32,000 nucleotides of DNA from an uncultured Chloroflexia bacterium (GCA_963704755.1 OY969938.1:870001-902000), one strand, 5' to 3'; shown: positions 1 through 8,806, numbered from the stretch's first letter. Translations and numbers: made by a program. The notes: generated from the letters alone by a model not told the origin.

Positions 1-324
1 ACCAAGCGCCTCCTTCCTTATTGGTTATTTAATGAGGGACAGAATCCAAGCTTACCATTAGTAAGAAAGAACCCTGGAACCGGTAAGCAAACCCCAGGGC
101 AATATGGATATTTTACACGAAAAAGGCACCAATACAAGGTGTTCCAAAGGCTTGTACATACAAACTTTACGGCTAAAGAATAATTGTTCGGAAAATATTA
201 CCCGTTTGGGTAATGAAATAGCTAGGGCTGCTCTCGAAACAGATCGATCAACTTGAGCACGAGTTGGAGGGTTTCGTTTCATTGATGTGCTTATCCTCTC
301 AAGAACAGCCCTGATAATCACTTT

Positions 325-1272
325 TTACGGTTCGATCCAGGTGCCGGTCTCGCCTTTGAGGGCCCGGCCGATATTCTCAGGGTTGGTGATCAGGGCTTTT
401 TTGCCACCATTCTCTAGGAATTTGATGATCGCCTGGATTTTCGGGAGCATACTGCCCTTGGCAAACTGGCCTTCCTCGGCGTATTTCTTCGCTTCGGCAA
501 CCGTCAGGTGATCCAGCCACTGGACGTTGGGCTTGTTGAAGTTGATGGCCACTTTTTCCACGGCGGTGCTGATGACGAACAGGTCGGCGTTGATGATGGT
601 CGCCAGCAGGGAAGAGCCAAAATCTTTGTCGATGACCGCCTCTACGCCGCGGATATCCCCGTTCGGGTCTTTCACCACCGGGATTCCACCGCCACCCACG
701 CCTACCACGATGATGCCCGCATCGATCAGGGCTTTGATCGCGTCGGCTTCGACGATATGGACGGGCTTGGGGGAAGCCACAACCCGGCGCCAACCCCGGC
801 CGGCATCTTCCACGATCACCCAACCGTCCTCAGCATTCCGGCGTTTAGCGGTTTCTTCATCCATAAAGGAACCGATCGGTTTGCTGGGGTTCTCGAAAGC
901 CGGGTCTTTCTCATCCACAATCGTCTGAGTCACCACTGCCGCTGCCTGCTTGTCCATCTTGCGGGTCTTGAATTCGTTGGTCAGCGCGCGCGCGAACATG
1001 TACCCGATCGCGCCTTGCGAATCAGCACCGCAGTAATCCAGCGGGACCTCGTGCAGCTCTTTTGCCGACAACTCAGAGCGCCGCAGGATAAAGCCGACCT
1101 GAGGGCCATTTCCATGGGTCACGACGACGCTCCAGCCTTCGGCGATCATATCGACGATGTGGTGCATCGATTCGGCGCCGGCCGTATATTGGTCTTGGAT
1201 GGCTGTGTGGTTCTTATCGATGATTAAAGAGTTTCCGCCAACTGCTACAACCGCTACACCTTTTTTCTCCAT
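325..1272 (-). CDS. arcC: Carbamate kinase
   Basis: 315-aa ORF. It has the N-terminal VVAVGGNSL and THGNGPQVG blocks and a GGGGIPV block typical of carbamate kinases (amino-acid kinase fold). The length fits ArcC. An AAGGAG RBS lies 8 nt upstream of the ATG at 1272. Confidence 0.9.
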   Translation of the reverse strand: MEKKGVAVVAVGGNSLIIDKNHTAIQDQYTAGAESMHHIVDMIAEGWSVVVTHGNGPQVGFILRRSELSAKELHEVPLDYCGADSQGAIGYMFARALTNEFKTRKMDKQAAAVVTQTIVDEKDPAFENPSKPIGSFMDEETAKRRNAEDGWVIVEDAGRGWRRVVASPKPVHIVEADAIKALIDAGIIVVGVGGGGIPVVKDPNGDIRGVEAVIDKDFGSSLLATIINADLFVISTAVEKVAINFNKPNVQWLDHLTVAEAKKYAEEGQFAKGSMLPKIQAIIKFLENGGKKALITNPENIGRALKGETGTWIEP

Positions 1273-1401
1273 ACAAATTGCTCCTTAGAACCTGAAGTAA
1301 TCAATAAATATCTATCCAAATTTCGTTCCGTAAGCCTGGCCTGCACAGTTGGCCTGGGTAAACCAGGCTCACCGGTTAACTTCTTTCGGATAAGGTCTTG
1401 C

Positions 1402-2382
1402 CTAGGACATCGTTAAAGCCATTACGGCAGAACAAATGTGCAGTTTGTTTTCGGCCTCGTCGAAAATAACCGAATTGGGGCCATCCATGACGGCACTGGT
1501 CACTTCAACCTCCCGGTCAGCCGGTAACGGGTGCATGAAGATGGCATCTTCCTTCGCCAGGGCCATCTTGCGCTCGTCGGTGATCCAGTTGCCGTACTTT
1601 TTGATGATTTCGCCGGCCTCTTTCCCATCCGTGGTGGTCATCCAGGGCCCCCAGGATTTGGGGTAGATCACATCGGCATCCTTGAAGGCTGCTTCCATAT
1701 CATCGGTGACCTCGAAGCTGGCCCCAGCCTTGCGGGCTTCTTCTTTGGCCATTTCGATGGTGGCATCGGGCAGCTTGAATTCTGGTGGATGGGCCAGTAC
1801 CAGGTCGATACCGAAGCGCGGCAACTGCAGCACCATCGAATTCGGGATGGACATGGGTTTCTGGTAGGATTCGGCGTATGCCCAGGACATCACCATCTTC
1901 TTGCGTTTGAGGTTGCGGCCCTTCTTCTCCATGATGGTCATCAGGTCGGCCAGGATCTGGAAGGGATGGTAATACTCGCACTGCATGTTGAAGACCGGCG
2001 TAGGCGATGCTTCGGCCACAAAGTTGATGTACTTGTTGCCAATGCCCCAGTCTACGTGGCGGATGGCAATTCCATCGTAGGTGCGGCCCATGATCTGGCC
2101 AATCTCGCGTTCGGTATCACCGTGCGAGATCTGGGTGGTGCGGCTTTCGATGAAAGCCGGGTGCCCGCCCAGGTGGGCAAAGGCCGACTCGAAGGCAGCC
2201 CGTGTGCGGGTGCTGCTGTAGAAGAACAACATTGCCAGAGATTTGTCTCGCAGGTAAGGCGTGGGTTCGTGCAGCGCCCGTTTTTGTTTCAAATCCCAGG
2301 CAACGTCCAGGATGGTCTCGATTTCCTCCACGCTGAAATCAAGATCGGAAATGAAGTCACGGCCTCGTAAATTGGTTTGCAT
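1402..2382 (-). CDS. YgeW-like carbamoyltransferase of unknown substrate (transcarbamylase family)
   Basis: 326 aa. It carries the carbamoyl-phosphate motif FFYSSTRTR. It has QCEYYHPFQ where OTCases have HPxQ, and MHPLPAD where they have HCLP. The blocks SWAYAESYQKPMSIPNS, RFGIDLVLAHP and DADVIYPKSW match my recollection of E. coli YgeW rather than ArgF, ArcB or PtcA. Confidence 0.75.
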   Translation of the reverse strand: MQTNLRGRDFISDLDFSVEEIETILDVAWDLKQKRALHEPTPYLRDKSLAMLFFYSSTRTRAAFESAFAHLGGHPAFIESRTTQISHGDTEREIGQIMGRTYDGIAIRHVDWGIGNKYINFVAEASPTPVFNMQCEYYHPFQILADLMTIMEKKGRNLKRKKMVMSWAYAESYQKPMSIPNSMVLQLPRFGIDLVLAHPPEFKLPDATIEMAKEEARKAGASFEVTDDMEAAFKDADVIYPKSWGPWMTTTDGKEAGEIIKKYGNWITDERKMALAKEDAIFMHPLPADREVEVTSAVMDGPNSVIFDEAENKLHICSAVMALTMS

Positions 2383-2392
2383 GAGTGCCTTC

Positions 2393-3343
2393 CTATTCCA
2401 TCTTGCCCAGAACGAGCGCCAGCAAAGCCATGCGCATCACTACTCCGTTGAAAGCCTCCTGCCAGTAGCGGGAGTGGCGGGTGATGTCGACATCGGGAGG
2501 AATTTCGTCCATACGCGGTAGAGAGTGCAGCAGGATCATGTCCCGTTTGGCTTTATTTGCCAGCAGCTCGCGGGTAATCTTGTAATTGGCCGGGGTCATT
2601 CCGTGTTCGCCGGCTTCCTGGCGAGACTTGGTGTAATCGGGCTGGACAACCGGCTCCACCAGTACCACGTCGGCCTTGGAGATAACCTGCTCTACGTGCT
2701 CGGCTTCGGAGAACATCAGGTTGTATTGTTGCAGTTCTGCCTTGAATTCGGGCGTCAGGGACATTTCCGGTGGGGCCACGAAGGTGATATCGCAGTCGAA
2801 CTGGGTCAGGGCATAAGCCAGGGAGTGCATGGTGCGCATGCGCATATCGCCGACGGCTACCCAGGTCAGGCCATCGATGTGGCCTTTCTCGCGTAGTACT
2901 GTGTAAAGATCGGTCAGGATCTGGGTGGGGTGTTCACCCCAGCCATCGCCGCAGTTGATGACCGGAACAGAGGCCCATTTGGCAGCTTCCTGCGGAGCGC
3001 CTTGCTGGAAATGGCGCATCGCGATCACATCACCATAGTACTCCAGCATTTTGACGGTATCTTTGATCGATTCCTGGTACCAGTCGCCGGCGCGAGTCAT
3101 CTTGGCATCCGAAAAACCGGTCACATGGCCACCCAGGCGGTGCATGGCGGCTTCGTGGGCCAGGCGGGTGCGGGTGCTGGGCTGGTAGAATGCCGTAACC
3201 ATGGTCTTTTCTTTCAACATATCCACGTTGCGCCGGTCGCGCGCAATCGGCTCCAACTTTTCCGCTACCTCAAAAATGCGGAAGAATTCATTTCGTTCGA
3301 AGTCTTTCAAAGACAAAATGTCTCGACCTGCAAAACTGCGCAT
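2393..3343 (-). CDS. PyrB-like (aspartate-carbamoyltransferase-fold) carbamoyltransferase, probably not a true ATCase
   Basis: 316 aa. It has STRTR, MRH, GEHPTQ, MRTMHSL and LHSLPRMDEI blocks and a C-terminal ALLALVLG, all collinear with E. coli PyrB. The TRVQKER segment (Asp-binding R229/Q231) is replaced by EPVVQPD. It starts 10 nt after the end of the next gene. Confidence 0.75.
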   Translation of the reverse strand: MRSFAGRDILSLKDFERNEFFRIFEVAEKLEPIARDRRNVDMLKEKTMVTAFYQPSTRTRLAHEAAMHRLGGHVTGFSDAKMTRAGDWYQESIKDTVKMLEYYGDVIAMRHFQQGAPQEAAKWASVPVINCGDGWGEHPTQILTDLYTVLREKGHIDGLTWVAVGDMRMRTMHSLAYALTQFDCDITFVAPPEMSLTPEFKAELQQYNLMFSEAEHVEQVISKADVVLVEPVVQPDYTKSRQEAGEHGMTPANYKITRELLANKAKRDMILLHSLPRMDEIPPDVDITRHSRYWQEAFNGVVMRMALLALVLGKME

Positions 3344-3449
3344 TTTTAATCTCCTGTCTAAGTTGACGAATTGAGTAATCGGTCTTGCAACTTGCCTGGA
3401 ACAAACGCTAGAAATAAATGGCGGGAAATCCTCCTTTTATCAACAGAGT

Positions 3450-4187
3450 TTATCCAGCCGTTCCTGTGCGGCCCACGCTTCTGACCACGTGGAACTTGAA
3501 ATATCCGGGCAAGAAGTAACTGAGTGAATAGTCGATCACCGAGCCGGTTTCGTCGTACAAATAGGCAACGAACTGCTGCAGCACATCCCCACGCTGGATC
3601 TCCAGTGCATGGGCAATCGATGAAGAAGCCGCGACCGCTCGAATAACCGTCTTGGAACTGGAGAGCGAATAATTATTGCTCGCCAACAATGTATCCAGGA
3701 CCGACCCGGTAAAACCGGCGTCCAGGTCCTCGGCAGAAAGGTAGGTCTCGGGCAGCACATCGATCAGAAAGGCCACCGGCCGGTTTTCGGCCAGGATCGT
3801 GCGCGATACCCGCACCAAAGGGGTATAGACCTCGACTTCGAGCCGCGAAGCCAGGTCTTCATCAGCTTCGATCTTCTCGACTTCCAGGTCGCCCATCGTC
3901 ACGGCCAGCCCGATTTTATGGGCCAGGGTCTCGATGCTTTCCAATACTTCCAGTCCACTCTCGATCACGTTCGATGGACTGACGACAAAGGTTCCAATGC
4001 CCTGGCGGCGGCGGATCAAACCCTGGCCTTCGAAAGCCCGCATGGCCTCGCGCAATGTGGCACGGGAGACTCCTAATTGTTGAGCCAATGCCGGTTCGGA
4101 CAATAGTCGTTCACCTGGCGGTGTCTTGGCGATTATATCGGCCAACTCGGCCTGCAGGCGCTGATAAGGATGGATGTTTTGGGACAC
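3450..4187 (-). CDS. GntR-family transcriptional regulator (HutC/UTRA-type)
   Basis: The winged-helix segment is LLSEPALAQQLGVSRATLREAMRAFEGQGLIRRRQGIGTFV, followed by a C-terminal effector domain about 150 aa long. The ORF track begins at a TTG at 4232. I prefer the GTG at 4187 because a GGAGG (4196-4200, minus strand) sits 8 nt upstream and the start falls 1 nt after the ade stop, which suggests translational coupling. Confidence 0.8.
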   Translation of the reverse strand: MSQNIHPYQRLQAELADIIAKTPPGERLLSEPALAQQLGVSRATLREAMRAFEGQGLIRRRQGIGTFVVSPSNVIESGLEVLESIETLAHKIGLAVTMGDLEVEKIEADEDLASRLEVEVYTPLVRVSRTILAENRPVAFLIDVLPETYLSAEDLDAGFTGSVLDTLLASNNYSLSSSKTVIRAVAASSSIAHALEIQRGDVLQQFVAYLYDETGSVIDYSLSYFLPGYFKFHVVRSVGRTGTAG

Positions 4188-4188
4188 G

Positions 4189-6000
4189 TCAATTTCCTCC
4201 ACTTGTCGATTCGAAAACAGGCAAAAACTCAAATCGCGTAACGTCCACCAGGCCCAGGTCTGAAATACGCAGTTCTGGGATGACCACCAGCGCTAACAAG
4301 CTCAATTGCATGTTAGGGTTATTCAACTGACATCCGCAAGTTTTGAACCCGTTCAAAACAGTCGCAGCTTCGGCGGAAACCTGCTCTGCCCGGCGATTTG
4401 ACATCAAGCCAGCAATCGGGAGCTCCACCTTACCGATAATTTCACCATCAAGGATAACAATTTGGCCACCGCCACAGGCCGCCAGTTCGTTGGCCGCCTG
4501 TGCCATCATGGCATCGTCGGTACCGACCACAATCATATGGTGGCTGTCGTGAGCGACGGTGGTACCGATCGCACAGCGCCGGTCCAGCCCAAAGCCGGAA
4601 ACCAGCCCTACCTGTACCGCACCGGTGGCTTTATGGCGTTCGACCAGGGCGATCTTGGCCAGGTCCCGGCTTGTATCGGCATAAACCTGTTGGCCTTCCA
4701 CCGGCACCTCGATGCGCAAATGGTGGTTAGGCGCCTGGTTCTCGATCACGCCGATCACGTGGGCGGTCACCCGCCCGTTCAAAGCGCTCTTGCATTCCAG
4801 TTTGAAATCGTCCGCCAACAGCGGTCGTTTCAGGCAGACCGACTCAACCGCCCATTGGGGGTATTCATATTCAGGCAGATCGATGGTCAATTGGCCATCT
4901 TCCGCAATGACTTTCCCTCTGGCAATGACCTTACCGGCTTTGAAATGGGCGATATCGTCCACCAGAACGATATCCGCATAACGCCCCGGCGCAATCTGGC
5001 CAAAGTCCCGGCTGACGCCAAAGTACTCGGCTGTATTGATCGTCGCCATTTGCAGCGCGATCAGCGGTGCCAGACCCTGCGAGATCGCGTGGCGCACGAC
5101 CCGGTCCATATGGCCTTCGTTGACCAGGGTAGCCGAATGCGAGTCATCGGTGCACAGCAAGAAGTTGCGAATGCTCAGCCCCTTTTCGGTCACCGCTTTG
5201 ACCTGGGTGGCCACATCGTGCCAGGCCGAGCCATAGCGCATCATCACTTTCATCCCCTGGCGGGCGCGTTGGATTGCGTCTTCGGTCGTGGTACCCTCGT
5301 GATCGTCGCTGGGGCCACCGGCCAGGTAGCCGTGGAAAGGCAGTCCCAGGTCAGGCGAGGGGTAATGGCCGCCGATCACTTTGCCGGCAGCACGGGTTTC
5401 GGCCATCTCGTCGTGAACTTTCTCGTTACTGCTGAACACGCCCGGGAAATTCATCATCTCACCCAGGCCGATGATATTCGGCCAGGTCATCGCCTCGGCG
5501 ACTTCAGCCGGGCCTAATATCGCGCCGGAGGTTTCCATTCCGGGAGCAGAAGGGACGCAGGATGGCATTTGTACATAAATATGGATAGGCTGCAGCGCAG
5601 CTTCTTCGGCCATCAGGCGTACGCCATCCAGGCCGAAAATATTGGCGATCTCGTGCGGATCGACGAACATGCCCGTCGTTCCGCGGGGAGCCACGGCCCG
5701 GACGAACTCGGTCACCGTCAGCATACCTGATTCGACGTGCATATGGCCATCCAGCAGGCCGGGGCAGAGATATTTACCTCCGGCGTCGATCACACGAGTC
5801 TGCGGACCAACCGTATGGCCGGCATCTTCTCCGACAAAAGCAATCCGCTCATCACAAATTGCTACGTCCGTGTGCTCGATGATTTCACCAGTCTGGACGC
5901 ATACCCAACGGCCGTTCCGGATAACTAAATCGGCCGGAGTTCTTCCCATGGCGCAGTCCACCAGTTTTCGGGTTGATTCTGCAATTTGTTTAGCAGTCAT
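4189..6000 (-). CDS. ade: Adenine deaminase
   Basis: 603 aa. It has the metal-binding LLDGHMHVESGM motif, FVDPHEIANI, and a C-terminal domain with HDSHHMIVVG. These and the length are typical of the Ade/AdeC amidohydrolase family. The RBS is GAGAGGAAGA directly upstream of the ATG. Confidence 0.9.
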   Translation of the reverse strand: MTAKQIAESTRKLVDCAMGRTPADLVIRNGRWVCVQTGEIIEHTDVAICDERIAFVGEDAGHTVGPQTRVIDAGGKYLCPGLLDGHMHVESGMLTVTEFVRAVAPRGTTGMFVDPHEIANIFGLDGVRLMAEEAALQPIHIYVQMPSCVPSAPGMETSGAILGPAEVAEAMTWPNIIGLGEMMNFPGVFSSNEKVHDEMAETRAAGKVIGGHYPSPDLGLPFHGYLAGGPSDDHEGTTTEDAIQRARQGMKVMMRYGSAWHDVATQVKAVTEKGLSIRNFLLCTDDSHSATLVNEGHMDRVVRHAISQGLAPLIALQMATINTAEYFGVSRDFGQIAPGRYADIVLVDDIAHFKAGKVIARGKVIAEDGQLTIDLPEYEYPQWAVESVCLKRPLLADDFKLECKSALNGRVTAHVIGVIENQAPNHHLRIEVPVEGQQVYADTSRDLAKIALVERHKATGAVQVGLVSGFGLDRRCAIGTTVAHDSHHMIVVGTDDAMMAQAANELAACGGGQIVILDGEIIGKVELPIAGLMSNRRAEQVSAEAATVLNGFKTCGCQLNNPNMQLSLLALVVIPELRISDLGLVDVTRFEFLPVFESTSGGN

Positions 6001-6064
6001 TCTTCCTCTCGATTAAGTCACAACGACAGGTTCTGGGCCCAGGCTTGCTGCCAGTTTGTTTCGG

Positions 6065-7450
6065 TTAAGATAGAAGCCTCTTCGCGGCGCGGTTGTGCAC
6101 CTCGATTTGCTTTTCCAGCTCAAGGGTGACCAACCGGCCCTGCCGGACCACAAACTCGCCGTTCACCACGGTGGTATCGGTCTGGCGCGGCTGGCAGAAA
6201 ACCAGTGCAGCCACAGGGTCTTGCTGGGCCCCGGTATATTCCAGGTGGTTAAGATCAAAGGAAATAAAATCGGCGCATTTTCCGGCTTCCAACGAGCCGA
6301 TATCGTCCCGGCCTAACACCGCAGCCCCGCCACGGGTAGCCAGCGCCAAGACCTGGCGGGCAGAAATCAAAGCCGGGCCGGCTCCATCGGAGAGAGAAGC
6401 CCCCGCCAGGCCTGCGCCCAGGCGGGCCAGCAGCATGGCCATGCGCGCTTCGGCCAACAGATGCGAACCATCGTTGCTGGCGGAGCCATCCACCCCCAGG
6501 CCAACTTTGACGCCGGATTTGAGATAGCTCAACAGCGGAGCGATGCCCGAGCCCAAACGCATATTCGATGAGGGGCAGTGCGCCACCCCACAGCCTTCGT
6601 GAGCGAAGACCTCGATTTCAGCCGGTGAGATATGGACAGAATGAGCGAACCAGACATCCTGCCCAACCCATTCTAACGACTGCATGTAGGCCAGCGGGCG
6701 TAAGCCAAACCGTTCCAGGCAAAACTGTTCTTCATCCTGGGTTTCGGCCAGGTGGGTGTGCAAATGCACCCCATATTCGCGCGCCAGCAGCGCGCTCTGG
6801 TGCATTAATTCACCCGTTACACTGAAAGGGGAGCACGGCGCCAGCACAATCTGGACCATCGCGCCCGGTTTGGGGTCGTGATAGGTTTCGATCAAGCGCT
6901 GGCTGTCGGCCAGGATTTTTTCTTCCGAATCGACCACCGAATCAGGCGGTAAGCCGCCTTTACTTTCGCCCAGGCTCATGGATCCGCGGGAAGCATGGAT
7001 GCGCAAGCCAACTTGCCTGGCCGCTTCGATCTCATCATCCAACCGCGAACCGTTGGGGAACAAGTACAAATGGTCCGAAGCCGTGGTGCAGCCGGAAAGC
7101 GCCAGTTCTGCCAGGGCTGTCTGGGTCGAGACGAAGATATCTTGCGGGGTCATCCGCGCCCAGATGGGGTACAGCGTCTTCAGCCAGTTGAACAGGTTGG
7201 CATCTTGGGCAGCCGGGACCGCCCGGGTGAGCGTCTGGTAAAAGTGATGGTGTGTATTGACCATCCCAGGCAGAACCACATGTCCGCTCAAATCCAGGGT
7301 TTCATCTGCCGACTGGGGCAGTTCGGCAGTAGCAGCCACCTGCTCGATCATCCCGTCCCGGATAAACATCCCTCCATCCGGAATTTCACGGGATTGACCA
7401 TCCATGGTGACCAGCACTGCAGCGTTTTTTACCAGGAGTGTTTTTGCCAT
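6065..7450 (-). CDS. Amidohydrolase of the 8-oxoguanine deaminase / guanine-deaminase-like group (COG0402-type)
   Basis: 461 aa. It has LPGMVNTHHHFYQTLTRAVPAAQDANLFNWLKTLYPIW, a later HLHTHLAET, and GLGVDGSASND. This is the metal-dependent deaminase signature. The N-terminal block closely resembles what I remember of 8-oxoguanine/isoxanthopterin deaminases. Confidence 0.65.
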   Translation of the reverse strand: MAKTLLVKNAAVLVTMDGQSREIPDGGMFIRDGMIEQVAATAELPQSADETLDLSGHVVLPGMVNTHHHFYQTLTRAVPAAQDANLFNWLKTLYPIWARMTPQDIFVSTQTALAELALSGCTTASDHLYLFPNGSRLDDEIEAARQVGLRIHASRGSMSLGESKGGLPPDSVVDSEEKILADSQRLIETYHDPKPGAMVQIVLAPCSPFSVTGELMHQSALLAREYGVHLHTHLAETQDEEQFCLERFGLRPLAYMQSLEWVGQDVWFAHSVHISPAEIEVFAHEGCGVAHCPSSNMRLGSGIAPLLSYLKSGVKVGLGVDGSASNDGSHLLAEARMAMLLARLGAGLAGASLSDGAGPALISARQVLALATRGGAAVLGRDDIGSLEAGKCADFISFDLNHLEYTGAQQDPVAALVFCQPRQTDTTVVNGEFVVRQGRLVTLELEKQIEVHNRAAKRLLS

Positions 7451-7526
7451 GGTTAATCGGTATTTTTCAGCAGATTATAGATTCGTGGTCGGGGGTCGAT
7501 CCGTCTCGATTTCATCTGACCCTTTC

Positions 7527-7555
7527 AGTGTAATGGTTAACGGAGCAAAAGTCAA
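7527..7555 (-). promoter_or_regulatory. Candidate sigma-70 promoter of the deaminase operon
   Basis: On the minus strand, TTGACT (7555-7550), a 17-nt spacer and TACACT (7532-7527) lie about 75 nt upstream of the ATG at 7450. An AT-rich inverted repeat, TCATAA-N5-TTATGA, at 7566-7582 lies just upstream of the -35 and may be an operator. This is pattern matching only. Confidence 0.3.
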
Positions 7556-7664
7556 TTGTCTGACATCATAAATTTCTTATGAATTTGTGTAACCGCTCAA
7601 CCTTAGGGGGAAATACCCCGCGAATATCGCAATTTCGAGATCTCTTTCGCGTGAGCCTGAGCAG

Positions 7665-8543
7665 CTACGAATTTGCTTTTTCGGCCGCCGTCAGGGTGTT
7701 GCGCATCAACATGGCGATGGTCATCGGGCCAACGCCGCCCGGTACCGGCGTAATTGCGGAGGCATTCTGGCAGGCTTCCTCGAAGGCCACGTCACCGACC
7801 AGGCGCGACCCTTTGGGCGCCGTAGGGTCTTCGATGCGGTTAATGCCGACATCGATCACTACTGCGCCGGGTTTGATCCAGTCGCCGCGCACCATCTCCG
7901 GCCGGCCAACCGCCGCTACCAGAATATCCGCTTCGCGGATGATTCCCGGCAGGTCCTTCGAGCGCGAGTGGCAGATCGTTACCGTGGCATTCGCCCGGAC
8001 CAGCAGTAGAGCGACCGGCATGCCCACAATGTTCGAGCGGCCCAATACCACCGCGTTGAGCCCTTGCAGGCTGGGCAGGGTGTGTTCCAACATATACATA
8101 CAGCCCGCCGGTGTGCAGGGCACGAACAAAGGATCCCGCCCCTTTTGGGCCAGCCGGCCAATATTGACCGGGTGGAAACCATCCACATCTTTACCCAGGT
8201 CAATGGTCCCCAGTACTTTTTCCTCATCCAGCCCGGCCGGCAGCGGCAGTTGCACCAAAATACCGCTGACGCGCGGGTCCTGGTTGAGTTCCCGGACCAC
8301 ACCTTCTACCTCGGCCTGGGTCGCCGTGGCCGGCAGTTCATGCCCAAACGATTCGATTCCTACCTCGTCGCAGGCCTTGTGCTTGGAGCGCACATACACA
8401 TGCGAAGCCGGATCATCTCCAACCAATACTGTGGCCAATCCTGGCCTTGATTTTCCAGCAGCAATCCTTTTTTCCACCCCCACCTTTACCGCAGCTCGGA
8501 TATCCTCTGCGTATTTCTTGCCATCGATCCTTGTAGCTGTCAT
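7665..8543 (-). CDS. folD: Bifunctional methylene-THF dehydrogenase / methenyl-THF cyclohydrolase
   Basis: 292 aa. It has [41 protein letters not shown] and [11 protein letters not shown], the classic FolD blocks. Confidence 0.92.
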   Translation of the reverse strand: MTATRIDGKKYAEDIRAAVKVGVEKRIAAGKSRPGLATVLVGDDPASHVYVRSKHKACDEVGIESFGHELPATATQAEVEGVVRELNQDPRVSGILVQLPLPAGLDEEKVLGTIDLGKDVDGFHPVNIGRLAQKGRDPLFVPCTPAGCMYMLEHTLPSLQGLNAVVLGRSNIVGMPVALLLVRANATVTICHSRSKDLPGIIREADILVAAVGRPEMVRGDWIKPGAVVIDVGINRIEDPTAPKGSRLVGDVAFEEACQNASAITPVPGGVGPMTIAMLMRNTLTAAEKANS

Positions 8544-8730
8544 GCGACCATCCTTTCATTATTTTTATGGTAACCACACGCGTGATCACTTTTTTGACTG
8601 GAAAAGACTGGTAATGCAGGTTGTTCAGTTATCTGACAACTGGGTCTACACAGATTATACCTGTTTCTGCCGCGCTGCGACCAGATTTATTCCCATAAAA
8701 TGCCGCCTTTCGGGGAGGAGGTTGATCCAA

Positions 8731-8799
8731 ATGCTTTCCCCGGATCGGTTGATTTTTGGTTACGGCCCAGCCTGCTGGATAAGAACCCTGAATTTTTAG
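8731..8799 (+). CDS. Candidate 22-aa small ORF (MLSPDRLIFGYGPACWIRTLNF)
   Basis: An ATG at 8731 is preceded by GGGGAGGAGGTTGATCC. That sequence is nearly the full complement of a bacterial 16S 3' tail and ends 9 nt before the ATG. The ORF is followed 36 nt later by a 23-bp hairpin plus TTTTCTT. I recognise no homology, so this is speculative. Confidence 0.2.
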   Translation: MLSPDRLIFGYGPACWIRTLNF

Positions 8800-8806
8800 A
8801 GGTTTT

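Noticed and set aside
58-321. 87-aa minus-strand ORF downstream of arcC in a lower-GC stretch
   Set aside because: It has no recognisable motif, odd composition and no convincing RBS. The region looks like an intergenic spacer. An SD-like GGAAGGAGG at 11-19 (minus strand) suggests that the next real gene starts beyond the left edge of the window.
3344-3449. Search for a GntR/HutC operator and promoter upstream of the PyrB-like gene
   Set aside because: I found only weak hexamers (TTGCAA, TTGATA) without a properly spaced -10, and no convincing inverted repeat. This is not enough to call a site.
508-5517. Long antisense ORFs over arcC, the carbamoyltransferases and ade (for example 508-1227, 1531-2370, 2930-3349 and 4462-5517)
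   Set aside because: All lie opposite genes with strong family motifs. All have Arg/Gly/His/Pro-rich shadow-frame composition with no recognisable domains.
7579-8799. 406-aa plus-strand ORF, the longest unassigned ORF in the track
   Set aside because: It runs antisense to folD for most of its length. Its composition is low-complexity and Ser/Pro/Thr/Arg-rich, typical of shadow frames in GC-rich DNA. folD on the other strand has unmistakable motifs. Only its last 69 nt (8731-8799) are considered separately as a possible small ORF.
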